DNA of 64,000 nucleotides from Phoronis australis (GCA_002633005.1 NMRA01000638.1:73965-137964); one strand, 5' to 3'. Numbered from the stretch's first letter, positions 36,801 through 51,800 are shown. The notes: generated by a model not told the origin, from the letters alone. Program-made: numbers and translations.

Positions 36801-39800
36801 CCACGAAATTCCACGAGTGAAAAGCCTTCTAAGAGAAGTGCAGATGTGTCTTACGGACCATAATGATTTTGCAACGCGTCTAAACAGAGTGTGCGCACGA
36901 CGTTTTTTAGGGCTGAGAAAAAGAACTGGCAAAAACTTCCTACACCCAGAGGACCAAACAGAAGCCTCACGAATGAGACAGTCATAAAACAGGTTATATA
37001 AAACATTACGTTCTCAGGCCTTGAATTAAATGTAATTGCTTATGTTTTCATGGCCAACTACAATTCTCCATAATAAAAAACCGATCAACAACCGATCTAA
37101 CCAAATGCAGGCCACTGACAGACACAGTTTCACGGCCTCATACCTAGTATTAACAGCGTACTGTTCATTTTGCACTACTGCAAGCCACTTTCGAAGCATT
37201 ATGGGCTCTCGAGGAAATTGAAAAAAACGACATACCCACTTTCCTTGTAGCTTCATAGTTTGCACAAGCAGGAGTGATACACCACACCATAGCGGTACTC
37301 ACTCTGCATAAGAACCACTGACATCGCAGTCGTTTCTCACCTTCCGCACGCGATAACATGACACCTCTCGGCGAGGTAAGATCGACCGCATTGACGAGGT
37401 GACGTGGATATAGACCGATTAAGACAGTATAAAAGACTAATTGAATCGGGTGGCATTCTCCTTTAAGGGTAAAATGGGAATCATTCTCTGATCAGGTGTC
37501 TAACTTCCAAGCACAACCATCAAAATCAGTTGATGACCAGCAAAAACATTGGCCCAAACTCATGAACTTCACTCTCACACCAAACAGGTTTAGTATCCAT
37601 GTATGGTGTAATATCAGGGTCAAGCACTGCCATTCAAAGGATATGATCTGACTTTAAGAGGGCTGACCATAGAATCAATCCTATGCCCAGATCACCACAG
37701 GCATCTATGTCACACAGGATTCTCTACTGTGTAGTTACTAACACACTATAGGGGGACTCACGTGCAACAGAACTCTTGGAAACAGGTACTGGGGATTAAA
37801 AGAAAAAAAAACAGAAGTAAAATTAAGCATAAGTTAGCCTAATCATGCATCTAAAGATTTAAAAAGCATTTAACAAATTAATGAAGTAGCACGGCAAATA
37901 AATTAAGATAAATGATGACAACGCCTTCATAGCAGACAAAATACATAAGCAAAGATAGGCCATACTAATACTGTAAACTCGCAGGTTAACGCCTTGGGTG
38001 TTTAAATTTGGAAACCCCAAAACGGGGTAGGCAATTACCAAAGCACTGAGCGCTTAAACCGAAAATTGGCAAAAGTCGGAGATTGGCAATTACACAAGCA
38101 AAGGCCGCTTTACGTCCAAATTTTGGCCAAACTGGACAAATGAGCGGGGTATTCATTCGAGCATGGAACTTGTAAGTTCGGTCAACCAATGGACCCCGAC
38201 AACCGCAAAGTTCCTCATAGTTCAAACAGAAGCAGGATTTCGACTTTGAAAGGGTGATTTTGCGACAGTTGCTGAAAAATCAGATGTTTTCAAATAAATT
38301 AGCATGCTGCAAAATGTTATACTGCGAAACATCATGAAATTTGAATGGCAGTCCAATTACCGTATCAGCATATATTTTGTTTCCTCAATTAAACAATGGA
38401 CGATTAGTTCCCAGCCAAACTTTGCAGTTGCTATGAGGGGTGTGATTAATTGCTCAATTCAAATCTGGATTGACCTGGGATATGAATCTAGCAAAACGGC
38501 TACACTCTTTCACAGTGCTACGAAAGGTAGCACTGTCAAATGTTGTTTAAAATGGCTTCTCATTGGTTAGAGAGATGAATCTGACGTCATAACATTCAGT
38601 CATTCCCATTGGTTGAAATCTGGAAAACCCCTTTCAGTTTACTATTACGTAGTATGGTGACCACTTTTGTCTTGAATAGTTGCAATTTACGGACAGTGAT
38701 CGAAGCAAACAAAATCAAGGGAACCTCAATCCAATGGGTCAAGTCCAAACAAGTACAGTGCATAAAGGCGTGTGCGAGTGGTGGTGATGTGGACAGTATA
38801 CTTACGACCAAGGCATGCACAGCGGTGCACACACATGAAATTCCATGTGTTGTTTATCATGTTTCCACAGGGCCACTTTTCTATATAGGTGGCATTGTGT
38901 CAGAGGGAAGCAAAAACATGAGCTCCATGTGTGCAACTACCAGATGGGTCTGGGATTAATTGGTCAATTCAAATCTGGGTCAACTGGGAGATAAATCTAG
39001 CAAAATCAAGTGCTCTGTGCGTGGAACTTGAACGCGCGAATAACTTCACAGTCCAATCAAGATCATTACTGAATGATGACTAATCTCGTAGTAGAAAAGC
39101 GGCAGTTCTATTAAAATCTACGGAGATAGCCTACATTAACTTAACAAAAGACCATTTAATAAGTTTAAGAAAAAGTAGTTGCAGCGCTTTAGTTATTCCA
39201 CAAATTCCAGCTAAAAATGCACTTTTTTAGACATAAGCATGCTGTGTTTCTTGCAAACACGGAAGTTTGAGCCCAAGGCAGAGCTACGAACAAAACCACA
39301 AGTTCCAGCTCAAGTTTTCTTTGCGGTAAGTTGGGAATGAGCAATTACCCAAGAAGCGTTAACTTGTGCAAAGTGGGAGATGGCCGATTACCCAAACAGT
39401 GGATGCTTACATCGAAATTTGGCAAAAGCCAGGGGTGATCGATTTCCTGGGCATGTGCATTAACCCATGAGTTTACACTTTATCGAGATAAAACATTTTA
39501 GCAAGAGACAAAATCACACAGGAACAGCAACAAAAGACAGAGGAGGGCTTTCACAAACCGACTATGAGCAAAAAATCATTATTTTTTCACCATCCCAAAC
39601 AAGAGAATTTTTCATGCATTTTGGTTTAGGTTAGGGAAATATTACCGTATTCGCCCTAACAACCGCCCAGGGCACTGAGAAAAATTCGTTTCAGGGGGAG
39701 GGCGCTTATTGTAACCCAAGGCGGTTGCAACTCGGTCTCTGAAACGGGTGAAATCGGAATCTAAGATTCATCAAATTTATACTCTGCGATATATCTGTAA

Positions 39801-42800
39801 CCTATGACAGACTTTCTACAAAATTGTGGTGCAGTGCTATCAAACTTTGATATTAAATTACGATCATTTTACAGAAAATTGTGCAATCATCGATATGGCG
39901 ACTTGAATATTTGAATAACAATACAGTTTCGACTCTAGCAAATTACCTGAAATCCTCCTTCAGTTTTGCAAATAGCGTCCCTAAGATTTTTAAGTTCCCG
40001 TGGGGTCAGGATTAACGGCAGGTTAAGTACAAATCTGAGCTACATCGTGCCATCTATGATTGGCAACACAAGAAAAATCTCTGGATGAACACACGTTGTT
40101 GTTGTGTGACTTCTGTTTTGAAGTTCGTCTGTGTGTGCGAGTAAGCGAAAGTGTGCGTGTCACCAGAGTTCATTTGCCAGAGTAAATGTAACGCAACGAG
40201 CTAGATGTGCATTGTATCTAAACAAATTAGAACAAGCAGTAGGCCTAAAGCAGAACATGTTTCATTCAGCACTTGCCGGTCTCATGAGCTAAAAACGTTG
40301 GGCATTTATTTCGGTAAAGCCCATATTAGACGCTGTGTTGCTGGATGCGTACGTGACTATGTGACAGTTATTTCTCAGTGGAAGGGTATATAAGTATTCA
40401 CTCTCAGTGGTCATTTTATCAGATATTTGGCTTAAAAACACCAATTATGATTAATCAAACAATCCCTCTTAAAAATAACTCAAAAACTTTTTATAGTATT
40501 AGAAACTGTTAGAAATGAAATTCAGTACCAACTATTCATTTCTTGCCGCTGCTATGCTACCCGTTTCATGAATGGATAGTTCCCGACTAATGTCTTTGAT
40601 GACAGGTATATCTATGTAGCGCGCTTCCTGGTAACGTGCTTTCAACACTGGCCAGTAGTAGTCTTCTAGTCGCAGTTTTCATGTGAACAAAGAAATTTAG
40701 ATTCCTGTTGAGGGCGGGAAATATCTACAATACAATCCCGTTGACTAAGTACACTACTATGTCTGGTCTGAAACTAGGCCAGATCTTAGTGGGACACATT
40801 CCTTGCAAGATCAGCAAAACTTTTGGGTTCGTTTTGAGACACGGCGGAAGTTTGAAGTGTGTAGTACAGCCACGGTAAAATACCGACATAGCTATTAGGC
40901 TTGTGGTCTACAAATTCTGCGCACAATGATTTTTTCAGGACTGTCAGATATTGTTGATAAATTAAAGACGTTACTGTAGAATTTTAGGACTGTAGGTAGG
41001 GCATTTTTCGCGTGTACATGTTCATGGGCTGGGGGCTTATTTTAGCAAAGTCAGAAAATGCTTGAGGGGGCGCTTATAGGGGCATGGCGGTTATTAGGGC
41101 GAATATGATAACCAGTTTTCACCGCACTCATAAGCAATCGAGTGTGACAAAAGTAAAACAGAATTCACTTGATGTGAATGGCATTGCAGACATTCATAAT
41201 CACACCAATCTGTGAGTGGTATATTTAAATCACCCATTTTGGTCGCCGACAATGATATACCTCACTGCACTTGGCACATGGACATGTCATACCATCTTCA
41301 AGGGTAATTCACAAAGACATATCCTTATTATGCAAGCAGATACGCATTTTTTATAAACTCAAGTCAAAATGAAAATCTAATCATGCAATCACAATACGTC
41401 GGGTCAAACAAAACTTACTAGGTAGTAGTGAACTAATTCTCAAGAAGTTAAGTACTAAATATTCACACTAAGCAACAGAAAAACATGAATTTGAGAACAA
41501 AAGCTACAGAAAAATTGTAAATCAAGCACAAGCAAAAGAAGACAATGAAAATGTAAAATATGTTTTAATTCAAATGAAAAGCACCAGCCATTTGAAGTGA
41601 AACCAAGATTCAAGGTTGTTTCGAACATGTCTATGCCACATTTCAACAATTCCTCCACAAAGTACAAATAATTATGAGCAAAATAACATAAAATTGTTTA
41701 CTCCATCAACCCACACAGTAGCAAACTCATGAACAATGTATTAGTTTCCAAACCAGTGAAACCCTCCAGACACCAGTATACCTACTGACGTCAGAAAAAC
41801 ACAGGCCAGTGCGAATCATCCATAAAGCGACCAGTGGCACGAAGACAACTTGTGTTAGTGGTAGAAAGTCATGCAGCTCGCAGTCATAAGATAAAGATTG
41901 ATAGAAGGTGCTGTTGGCATCTGTTAGAATGGTAAGTCTGCACTACTTAGAACTATTTACCTTCACTGGAGTCCGTTCTAAAGGTGGACCGTATGTGGTG
42001 CGAGCTTTAACACCTGCAGTGACCTCAATTTCGTTCGTGAGCTGTACTGTTTTACAATGCCCATTCACCTGATCTCTATTGCCAGATGTTCTGGGATCTG
42101 AGTCAACCATATTGTTCAACTTGAAAGCACTTCTAACAGCCGCTGTGGATTGGTCTAAAACTAAAACCTCACTTAAAATGTCAAAGGAAGAAGAGAGAGC
42201 ATTGACACCTTCAGTTTCGCTAGCGTTGGCAATGTTAACACAGCTTGAATCGAGAAGCCCAATGCTGATGGCTTCTGAAATGGAATATTCCTCTTCTGTG
42301 TAAGGGTCGATCATTGTACCTTTGACAGTGTCAATGAGTCCACGTTCTAAAGCGACATTCCATAGTAAACTACGCACTGGCTGAATGCTTGTATCTATTA
42401 ACCACTCCTTCTCCTTGGCAATATCCAGATTAAAAGATTTCCCACAACGTTTATCATGCATCTGACCAGTTTTGCTATCAATGACACCTTTCAACAAAGC
42501 TTTGTTCAAGCTGATCCGTTGATTTGTTTCAGGGTCGACAATCTGAGGAGATACTCCATCCAGGATGCCCTTACTAATTGCTTCTTGAATACTGTATTTT
42601 TCGTCGGTTTCTAAGTTGGTCACAATTCCAGTTTTTTGGTTGAACAATCCGACATCAAGAGCTTCCACCAGATTGAGCCCTGGGTCAATATCAGTGATCT
42701 CACTGGCCTTGAAAATAAGTCGCATTTCTAGGGCTTTATTTAAGGGTACTTTAAGAGTCGTCACAGGATTCACGTAGACACCTCTTCTGGCGTCAACCAG

Positions 42801-45800
42801 GTGAGAGTCAATTGCCTCCTGGAGGCTAACTGGCTCATCAGTCCTAACGTTCAGTATCTCTGGCAGACTGGCATTAATAATGCCACATGAAATTGCCTGC
42901 TTTAGGGTAACTTGCAAGTGATTTGTCTGGTCTATGAACTTTCCTGTCTTATAGTCATAAAGACCCAGTTTAATGGCATTGTATAATGACACACCAGCAT
43001 GTACATCATCTGGCCAATGGTCACCTTCTGCAGGTGACCTACGACCTGCCATTGGTGACCTGCGACCTGAAACTGGTGAATTCTGACCCGTCATTGGCGA
43101 CGTCCCTGTTGTCATTGATGATTTTATGACTTCCAATGGTTTCTGTGATGGAGTAGAAGGACTTGGTGGAACATCCTTGATATCCGACTTTACACATTTT
43201 ACGACTATGCCAGCATGCAAAGCCTGTATAAGACTCACATATTGATTATTGTTGATTTTAACCTGAAGGCTTGCGGGATCTAGTATACTTTCTCTGATGG
43301 CAACAGGTAATGAAACTGTGTGACCTGAGACAGGGTGCTTAATACCAGTGACTGTAACATCAACCAGTCCAACATCCAGTGCCTGGGTTAAGTTGAACCT
43401 CAATCCACTGGCTGGATCTTGAAAAGTCCCGTTGTCTTCATTATACAATCCAGCATCAACTATCTCCATTAAGCTCATAGGCGAAGAAGAATTGAAAACC
43501 AATCCTTTATCCACAGCAAGTTTCAATGGCATTTTCCCTCCGTTTGAAAATTTGATTACCTTGTCAGTAGCATTGAACACAGTAGTGGTAATAGCTTTGT
43601 CTAGTCTGATAATTTCTCTACTAAGTGGGTCCCGAATAAAAGTCTGACAAGGGTCGATTATTCCACAGTCAATGGCTGTCTTCAACTGAAGCTCTTGTCC
43701 TGTAATGGGATTACGTACTATCCCTGGATCAAACTTGAAAGAGCCCTGTCGTATAGCATCATGTAAACTCATTGGAGTCAGGTCAGATTTCAGCACAATG
43801 AGACCACTATCGATGGCTTCCTGCATGGTGAATGTTTCACCAGTAGTTAGTATATTGTATCCACCAGTACTACTGTCCAACAATCCATCGTGTAAAGCTT
43901 CATCAAAAGCAATGAAGACATTTTTCTCAATGTTCTGCACAAGAATGGAATCCTTGTTGATAAGGCTACACGAAAAAGCTTCACCAATGCTCATTTGGAC
44001 ACTGCTATTCGGGTCTGACACCATACCCGTCTCTGGCATACAAATGTTTTGCTTAATAGCATTGAAGAGGGTTAGGTTAAGTGAAGTGTCTTTGATCAGA
44101 TTATTTTGTAGGGCATCTTCAAGAGAGGTTGTTTCGCCTGTGATTGTGTTGACATAACACTTGCTTGAGATATCAATAATCCCTACCCTTAAGGCTGACC
44201 TCAAATCAATGTCCTTACTAGAGGTGGGATCCACAACCATAGTGTGGAATGGATTCAGCAACTTAGCTTCAATAGCATCTTCTAAGGTCAGTGTCTCTTG
44301 TGTGTTTGGATGGGTAAACAAGCCAGTATTCAGATCAAAATACCCCTTGATGACGGCTTGATGAAGTGGAAGGGAGTCATGTGGCTCGAGACAGAATATC
44401 AGATTCTTTTCCAAAGCTTGCTTTAAAGGCATTGGTTTGCTGGACTTGGGGTCAAATAATCGACCACTCTCAGCATCAATGACCTCTGTGATTATAGCCA
44501 TTTCCAACGTCATCAAGTCTTCAGTGCGTGGATTTTTGACATATGTGCGTGACGGATCAATTACACGCGTATAAATGGCGCGTTCTAAAGTCATTTGAAA
44601 ACCAGTCCTTGGATCTGAGAAACGCCCTGTTTGGGGGTTATGTATACCCCTCTCAACAGCTTTTTGAATGCTAAGAAAAGGTCCTTCAGCATTAATTACA
44701 ACATTCTTATCGATTGCAGCTTGAAGAGACAATGAGTCACCTGTTTTTGTATCATTAACCATGCTGCATACTAAGTCAACTAGCCCAATTTTAGCTGCAT
44801 CCTTTAGTATTAGTAAAGCATCACTAGCACTGTCTTTCACAAGACTTAGTGCTGGGTCAATCAAATTCCTGTTGATGCACTCATGGAGTGTGAGATTTCC
44901 CTCTTGATTTGGGAATGTAAATAGTTTTAGTTCCTCATCAAACAAACCAAGTGACATGGCTTTGTGTAGGCTTAGCTTATTATATGATAAATGTGACGTC
45001 ATTTGTGAGCTTCCATTGGCTACCGCAATGTCTTTATCACCAACACTATTTGTCGGGTTATTGTTTACTGTTTTCACTACCATCTTTCTTTCAACAAGTT
45101 GCTCCGACACAACTTCCTTTTTAATAATAGTTTCACAAAAAAAATCACGACTACGTCCTACATTACTTGTCATCTTGGGTAGCTTATTTACATCTCCCAC
45201 ATTGCTTGGCACCAAGACATCGTCTGAAGCTGATCGAGTATAATGATTGACACCAGCCTCATTATTCGAATCACCAACTCCTGATTCAACAGCTGTCTTC
45301 AAATTTAATTCCTCACCATTTTTATTATCGTTTATTTCAGAAATTCCTTTACGGAAAGGTACCATTCTGTTGTTGAGTTTGTCACAGTTCATAACAGTGC
45401 CGCTATCAAAGACACCATCATCCAATGCATTCGTCAATGTCGTTTTAGTACCTGTGTTGGGATCTGTGAATGAGTGACTGTCTGCCTCGTACAGATCTCC
45501 ACTTACAATATTCACTAGAGGGACCTGCAGTGGTGAATCAGAAATTAGTATTTCGTTAGAGTTTCTGCTAAGCAACAATGCTGTACTCGTGCTGTTCTCA
45601 TCTCTGGTGATGTCTATGACTCCAGCTGATGTCGTGGTGCTCTTAGTTGTCGGTTTTCTAATACTACTGGTTAGTGAAGGCCGTTGCTGGGATGATGATG
45701 AACTTGTCAGAGCTGCTGGTTGGGTCTTTGCCAGGGCGGAATCTGTGAAAACTTGGTTAGTTTCATCAGCTGGTAAGGTAGGACGTGCATGCTCGGACTC

Positions 45801-48800
45801 ACTGCGTACACCGTGCACAACCTGAGAAAGCAAACCCCTATGAAGCTGTTGGTCATTACTTCCCTTGACGGACATGTGACATCCGGCCACGAGAAGCAAG
45901 TCCAAGTTGCACTACTTGACTCGAAGCAGCCACGCCGAGAAATATTAATTCACAAAAAGAATTGACAAATGTTGGCGCCGAATCAAGTAATGTCTCCGAC
46001 AGAAGAAGTATTACTCGGAGACAATAGTCAAAAGCTGGGCGATCGCAAGCAAGCAATGGTTGTCCCTGTCAAGATAGTGTCCTAGTAAGCATAATGAAGT
46101 AAGACAACTATAAAATGTAATGAGTGAACAAGAAGGACAAGAAAATAGCCGGTAACAGTGTTTCCAAACGGATTCTACACCAAGCAACAGGGTCAAGGAA
46201 CATTACAGAAAAACTTTTCGTTTCTTATAGCAAGGTGATAAAGCCGAGTAAACAACAAACTGCAGCCCTGAAGACAATAAAATAGTTGGCAATAAGTAAT
46301 TAGAAGGGTATGTTATCATCAATGTGCAAACTATCGCTTACCATCGTAATTTATCACTTAAAAGTGAGAAGATAACCAAATAATTTTTCCTCATTAAAAC
46401 AAGACAAATGAAATTAATGTGAAAAACCTTTACAAATGAAATAATCAAACAAAATCATCAAAAGATAAAACATCATACAACTTGATCTGGAATGTAATAA
46501 AAATATTTTTAGGAGAAAAAGAAATTGAAGTAGAACTACCAAATACGTAGAGATAGTTATCTTTACAACAGCGAAGAGCCTTTTAACACGGGACAACACT
46601 TTAACAACAGTTAAAGCGACAGGTCAGCTTTACAAGAACAAGCAAGCAAGGGGTTATAGCAGTCTTACCCGTTGAAGAATGTCTTCTTGACTTTGAGAAG
46701 CACTTTGCACGCTACTCGCATTAGACACAGCATCTGTATTGTCAACAGCAACCAAGCCATTTGCCATAGCCTCTTGTAGTGTGAAACGATCGCCGCTAAC
46801 TGAGTCAAGAACTGTGCTATCATTGCTAATGAAGACGCCTGGTCGAGTAAGGTAGCCCCCATGAGACACCATCTGGTGGTGGCTGGTGGTATTACTGCTG
46901 GAAGTGTGAGCAGATGATTGGGAATAGCTTGCCGTTATTGCTCCTCGAGAAACGGTTAGCGATGGAGCAAATTCCCGAGAAGCTGTCATCTGCTTTTGCA
47001 TTATGTTAGCAGGGACCTGTAGGACAGGGGCAATGGTAATAGCTGGAGCAACTTCCTGTTGAAACACCATCTGCTTCTGTATGGTGTTAGTGGGGAACTG
47101 TGAGACAGGGGCAATGCTTACACCTGGCTGCAAAAAGCCAGACTGTAGTGCTTCAGTAAACGTAAGAACCTGACCAGACTTAGGAGAGGTGAAGGTACCA
47201 TCGACAGCATTAAAAAGGCCACTCTGCATGGCTTGCACAACTGTCAAGGGCTGCCCCTGATTCATAGCCACTGCTTGGTTTCTTTTTCCCTTCTGAAATG
47301 GTAACGGGGTAACAAGACCTTGCAGAATGGCCTGATCCAAAGTCATTCTTTCATTGTTGCTTGGGTTTATGAACATGCCAGATGGAACATCAACTAGTTG
47401 TCTGATCAAGGCTTCCTCAAATGACAGGCCTCTTCCAGGTTCAGACAACAACAACATGCCGATCTTTACTGCATCAGAAATTGACAGTCTGCGACCTGTC
47501 TGAGGATCAATGAACTTCCGTGATTGCAAGTCCAACAGATTACGTTCCAAAGCAACAGGAAACGTGATAGGTACTCTCTTAGTACTGATCTGAGATATCT
47601 GCGAGTGCAAAGAGTCAGTGGAGACAAACTTCACAGCATGCTTCTGCATGCTAGGTTTCAGTGTCTGTGCCCTAACTGGTTGCAAGGATATGAACTCCGG
47701 CAGTGGAGGTCGCTGAGCAGCAAGAGTAGAGGTTTTGTACGCAGTCTTGGGTGCAATCAGACCTCTTTGAAGTGCTTGGCTGATAGTGAGCACTTCACCA
47801 GTTCGCCGATTGTTGAATTTTCCAGATGGATCAATGTAACCAGATATTACAGCTTCGGTGAATGATATTGACATGGGTGTTGACCTGGTAGCAATAAACT
47901 TTTTGCCGCTCTCATCCACTAAGTAGCCACGCTTCACAGCTTCGTCAATGGACATCACTTCACCTGATGTGGGGTGAATGTACTGTGCATTACGTACACT
48001 AATCAAACCTTTCTTCACAGCATCAGAGAAAGTAATCTGGTTGAAGTTTAGGTCATCCGTTGGACCAATCTTTACCAGACCTTTCTGTACAGCGCTGCCA
48101 ATGGGGATCTTGAGATCAGTACGAGGATCTACATAGTTCTTACGTCCCCTGTCCAGGTATCCATGTCTCAGTGCGACAGCCACTGGAAGTTCTTCGCCAG
48201 TGCGTGGGTCTACCACTGCTCGTATAGAGAATGACTTGCAGTCCAAAGTCGCTGGCAAGGTACCACCAACGGCAACTGTTTTATCACTTTCTTCAAGGAG
48301 AACAAAGCCCTGGCGGACAGCCTCGTGAATAGGTATCTTCTGGTCTGTTTTGTGATTAATGTAGTTGGCTCTTCCACGGTCCAAGAATCCATGCCGTATG
48401 GCATCTGCGGTTGAGATGTACTCACCAGTGCTAGGATCCAACACAGACTTAATGGAGAATGAGGCGATCTCTTGTGTAATAGGAGCTGTCTCTGGAATCT
48501 GTTCAGCCTTTATGAGGCCTTTCTTGATGGCGTTGTCCATGCTCCATGTCTCCATAGAGTCTACATTGACATAGTCGCCTTCTTCATTTATAATGCCTCT
48601 CTTCACAGCCTCTTCCACACTGAGTTCCTGTCCAGTGTTGAGATCTTTAACAGATTTCACGGCGAAGGCAATGGTTTCCTCAAACTCCATGGCATCATTA
48701 GTCTTCGGTGGCAGTTTTGGAGGGCGTTCTGGTGCCTGTTCAGACTTCACTGTTGAGCCTTTGGCATTGAGAAGTTTTCTGTCAATGGCTTGTTGAACTG

Positions 48801-51800
48801 TGAGGAACTGACCACTTGGAGCATGATAGAACTTTGACAGGCCCCGATCCAAAATGCCACGATTAATTGCTTCCTCAACAGGCACAGTTTCACCAGTTCT
48901 CTCGTCAACAGCACTGGTGATTGTGAAAGATTTAGTCTGGAAGAAAACAGATTTTGATTTCACCTCCCTATCCATTTTCTGGGCTGGTACAGTGCCATCA
49001 GTGATAATGAGGCCTCTTTCTACAGCTGTTGGTATAGACATTCTTTCTCCAGTGTCCAAGTCCGTGTACGTTCCCATGGAGAAATTGAGAATGCCACTAA
49101 GAATAGCGTCAGTTACAGTGACGCTCTCGTGTGTGCATGTATTAGTCACTGACACAATGTTGAATGACACGGGAGGTTCATCAGATCTAGTCTCGTCAGC
49201 TTTGAGATATCCCAGTTCTATAGCTTCAGCAAAAGACAACACCTTACCATTATGAGGATCAATGAACTGGGCATTTGCCAAGTTCAGAATTCCTCTTTCC
49301 ACAGCTTGAGTAGGAGTGAGTTCTTCACCTGTGCTAGGATCAATAACAAACTTGATGTGGAACGTGCGTGGCTTCCTGACAACTCTACTTCTTGAGCCCT
49401 TTTCAGTAAGCCTGGTCTTTACACGTTCTTCTGTAGTCCGGTCAATACTCATAATGTGCCCTTGGATCAACCCCAGTTCAACCGCCTCACTGATAGGAAT
49501 GTCATCGACTGCTAATGGATTGACGTACATCTTTTTGTCCAAGTCTAAGACTCCTTTGCTTAATGCTTCCTCGTATGAGATTGGTTGCTGTGTGCGAGGA
49601 TTAATGACACTGTCCACATCCATTTTTTTTATTTCTTTGACAGTGGTTACCTTGTTCTGAACTTCCTTTTTCTCCACAAAAGGTACCAAGCCCTTTTTAA
49701 CTGCTTCATTAAATGTCTTTTTAGTTCCTGTAACCGGACTAATGTAGTGGCCAGCTCGATCCAGTAACCTCTTATCAAAGGCTTGTTGCAGAGAGTAAAC
49801 TCTTTTTGTGGCTGGATCAACAAACTCAACAGAATTAGGATTCAAGAGAAGATTTTCCACTGCCTCTTGCATGTATACAACATCACCAGTCTTAAGAACT
49901 GTGAATTTTCCAGCCCTGGTATCAAGAAGGCCTCTTTCAATTGCCTCTTGAAATGGCATACCTCTATTCTTCATATCAACAGTGGATTCAAATTCCTGCA
50001 AGGTGGTAAATTCTATTATATTGGGCTTGCTTGACTTTGATGCTGTTGATTTTGTAGTAGAAATGGGTGTGCTTGTTCTGGTGATCTCTATCCGATTCTG
50101 AGGTAGATTGTAAGGCTTCTGACTGGGGCTGCGGCCAGCAGACACCGATTCAGGTGGAAGTGAAGGCCAGGAGACAACCTTTTCCGGTGACATGGACCTC
50201 AGCCGTTCTCTGATGGTGCGCAGTTCATTCTCTGTCGCAGTAACATATCCTTCCTCGATGGCAAGATGGATGGGCAGTTCAACACCAGTCAACTCATCAG
50301 TGAAGGTTCTTTTCTGGACATTGACCAAATGTTTGTCAAGGGCTTCCTGGAAAGATAACGGAGGACGCTTTTCAAAAGCATCTACCAAAGAGTCCATAAG
50401 ATCTTCTAAAGGTAATATGGCATTTTCTTGCTCGTTCTCCATAGGTTGGTCCATTGGTTTCTTCACGTCTAGCAAATAAATGTTCTTCTCAGTTGGAATA
50501 AAACCTTGGAAAGTTGCATCAGACAAAGGCATAGTTTCTCTGGTATTTCTATTGAAGAGCTCACCACTTCTAGGATTCAATATGCCAGATTGTATAGCAT
50601 GTTCAAGAGAGATTGGTTGTCGAGTAGCAGGATCAATTACAACAGACGCAAGAGGGTCTAATGTTTTAGTCCTGATAGCATCTTCTATTGTGAGCAGTTT
50701 ACCAGTTTCTGGATCTTTCACATTAGCCAAAGGAACAATGACCTGGCCCTCTCTGAGAAGCTGATTGAGAGTGACTGGTGCCTTTACTTCTTTTACTGAT
50801 GGAAGACGTTCCTGATGATCTGGCCGAGTTATGGTTGTGGACTGCTCAAACGAACGCATAGCACTAGAAGACGTTTCACCCATAGGTGTGACCGTCTTAG
50901 AAAGGGAAGTAGTAACAGTTTTGGGGATAACTTGGATTGTATCTGCTGCAAGGTCAGGCAAGGTTGTTGTCGAGTCAATACTTTCAGTTGTACTATCATT
51001 CAGCGCAGGCGCTCTGAAGAGACTGGGCCGAAGTCGAGAGTCCACTGAGTCCTGCGGGGCACCCCTCACAGTTTGACTCGTGACTTTCTTTGCATTGTTG
51101 ACGTCACTTTCTTCAATCTCCGACACAGTCTCCACCATTGGGGCAATCTGTTCCATACCAGCTTGCATCAACAGTGGTTTCGATTTTTCGTTCACAGCAA
51201 CTCTAGTATGGAACATTGTGGCTGAAATGTTTCCACCTTTACCAGCTGCATGCTTCAAGGCATCGCTTAAGGCAATTTCCGCCAATACCGGTGCACCAAC
51301 AACAGCCAACAGACCAGTTTTGGCAGCCATCTTTACAGTTACCTTTTGTCCAAAGTTTCTGTTAACCACAAAGCCTGTACTGGGATTCACAAGGTCCTTC
51401 TCTATGGCTTCTTTCAGTGGAATCTGTTTGTGCTGCTCAGCATCGTAAAACTGGATGTCCTCAGTCATCCCTTTTCTGATTGCTTCCTCCACTGGAATCA
51501 TAAAACCTGTGTTAGCATCCAAGATTTTAAGTGTTTCAATGGAGTAAGTACTCTTTATTAACTCACGTAATAGTGCATCTTCTAAAGACACAGTAGAAGT
51601 AGAAGCTCCACTCTCTGTGACCTCTACATAACCAGTTATTGAGTCAACCAACCCTTTAGAGAAGGCTTCGTCTAGAAAAACTTTCTCCCCAGTGCTTGTG
51701 TTAAGCACAGTTACAGATTTCCCGACAATATCGCTCCGTTTTACAGCATCAAACAAACTGCACTTGTTTTTACTTTCTGGATGAGTGAACTCCAGCGTAC

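Noticed and set aside
41943-41960. In-frame stop just after the exon B donor as an alternative C-terminus (plectin/VAB-10A-like short isoform)
   Set aside because: Nearly every intron here has an early in-frame stop; the donor is strong and I saw no canonical AATAAA close by, so it is unsupported without 3' end data
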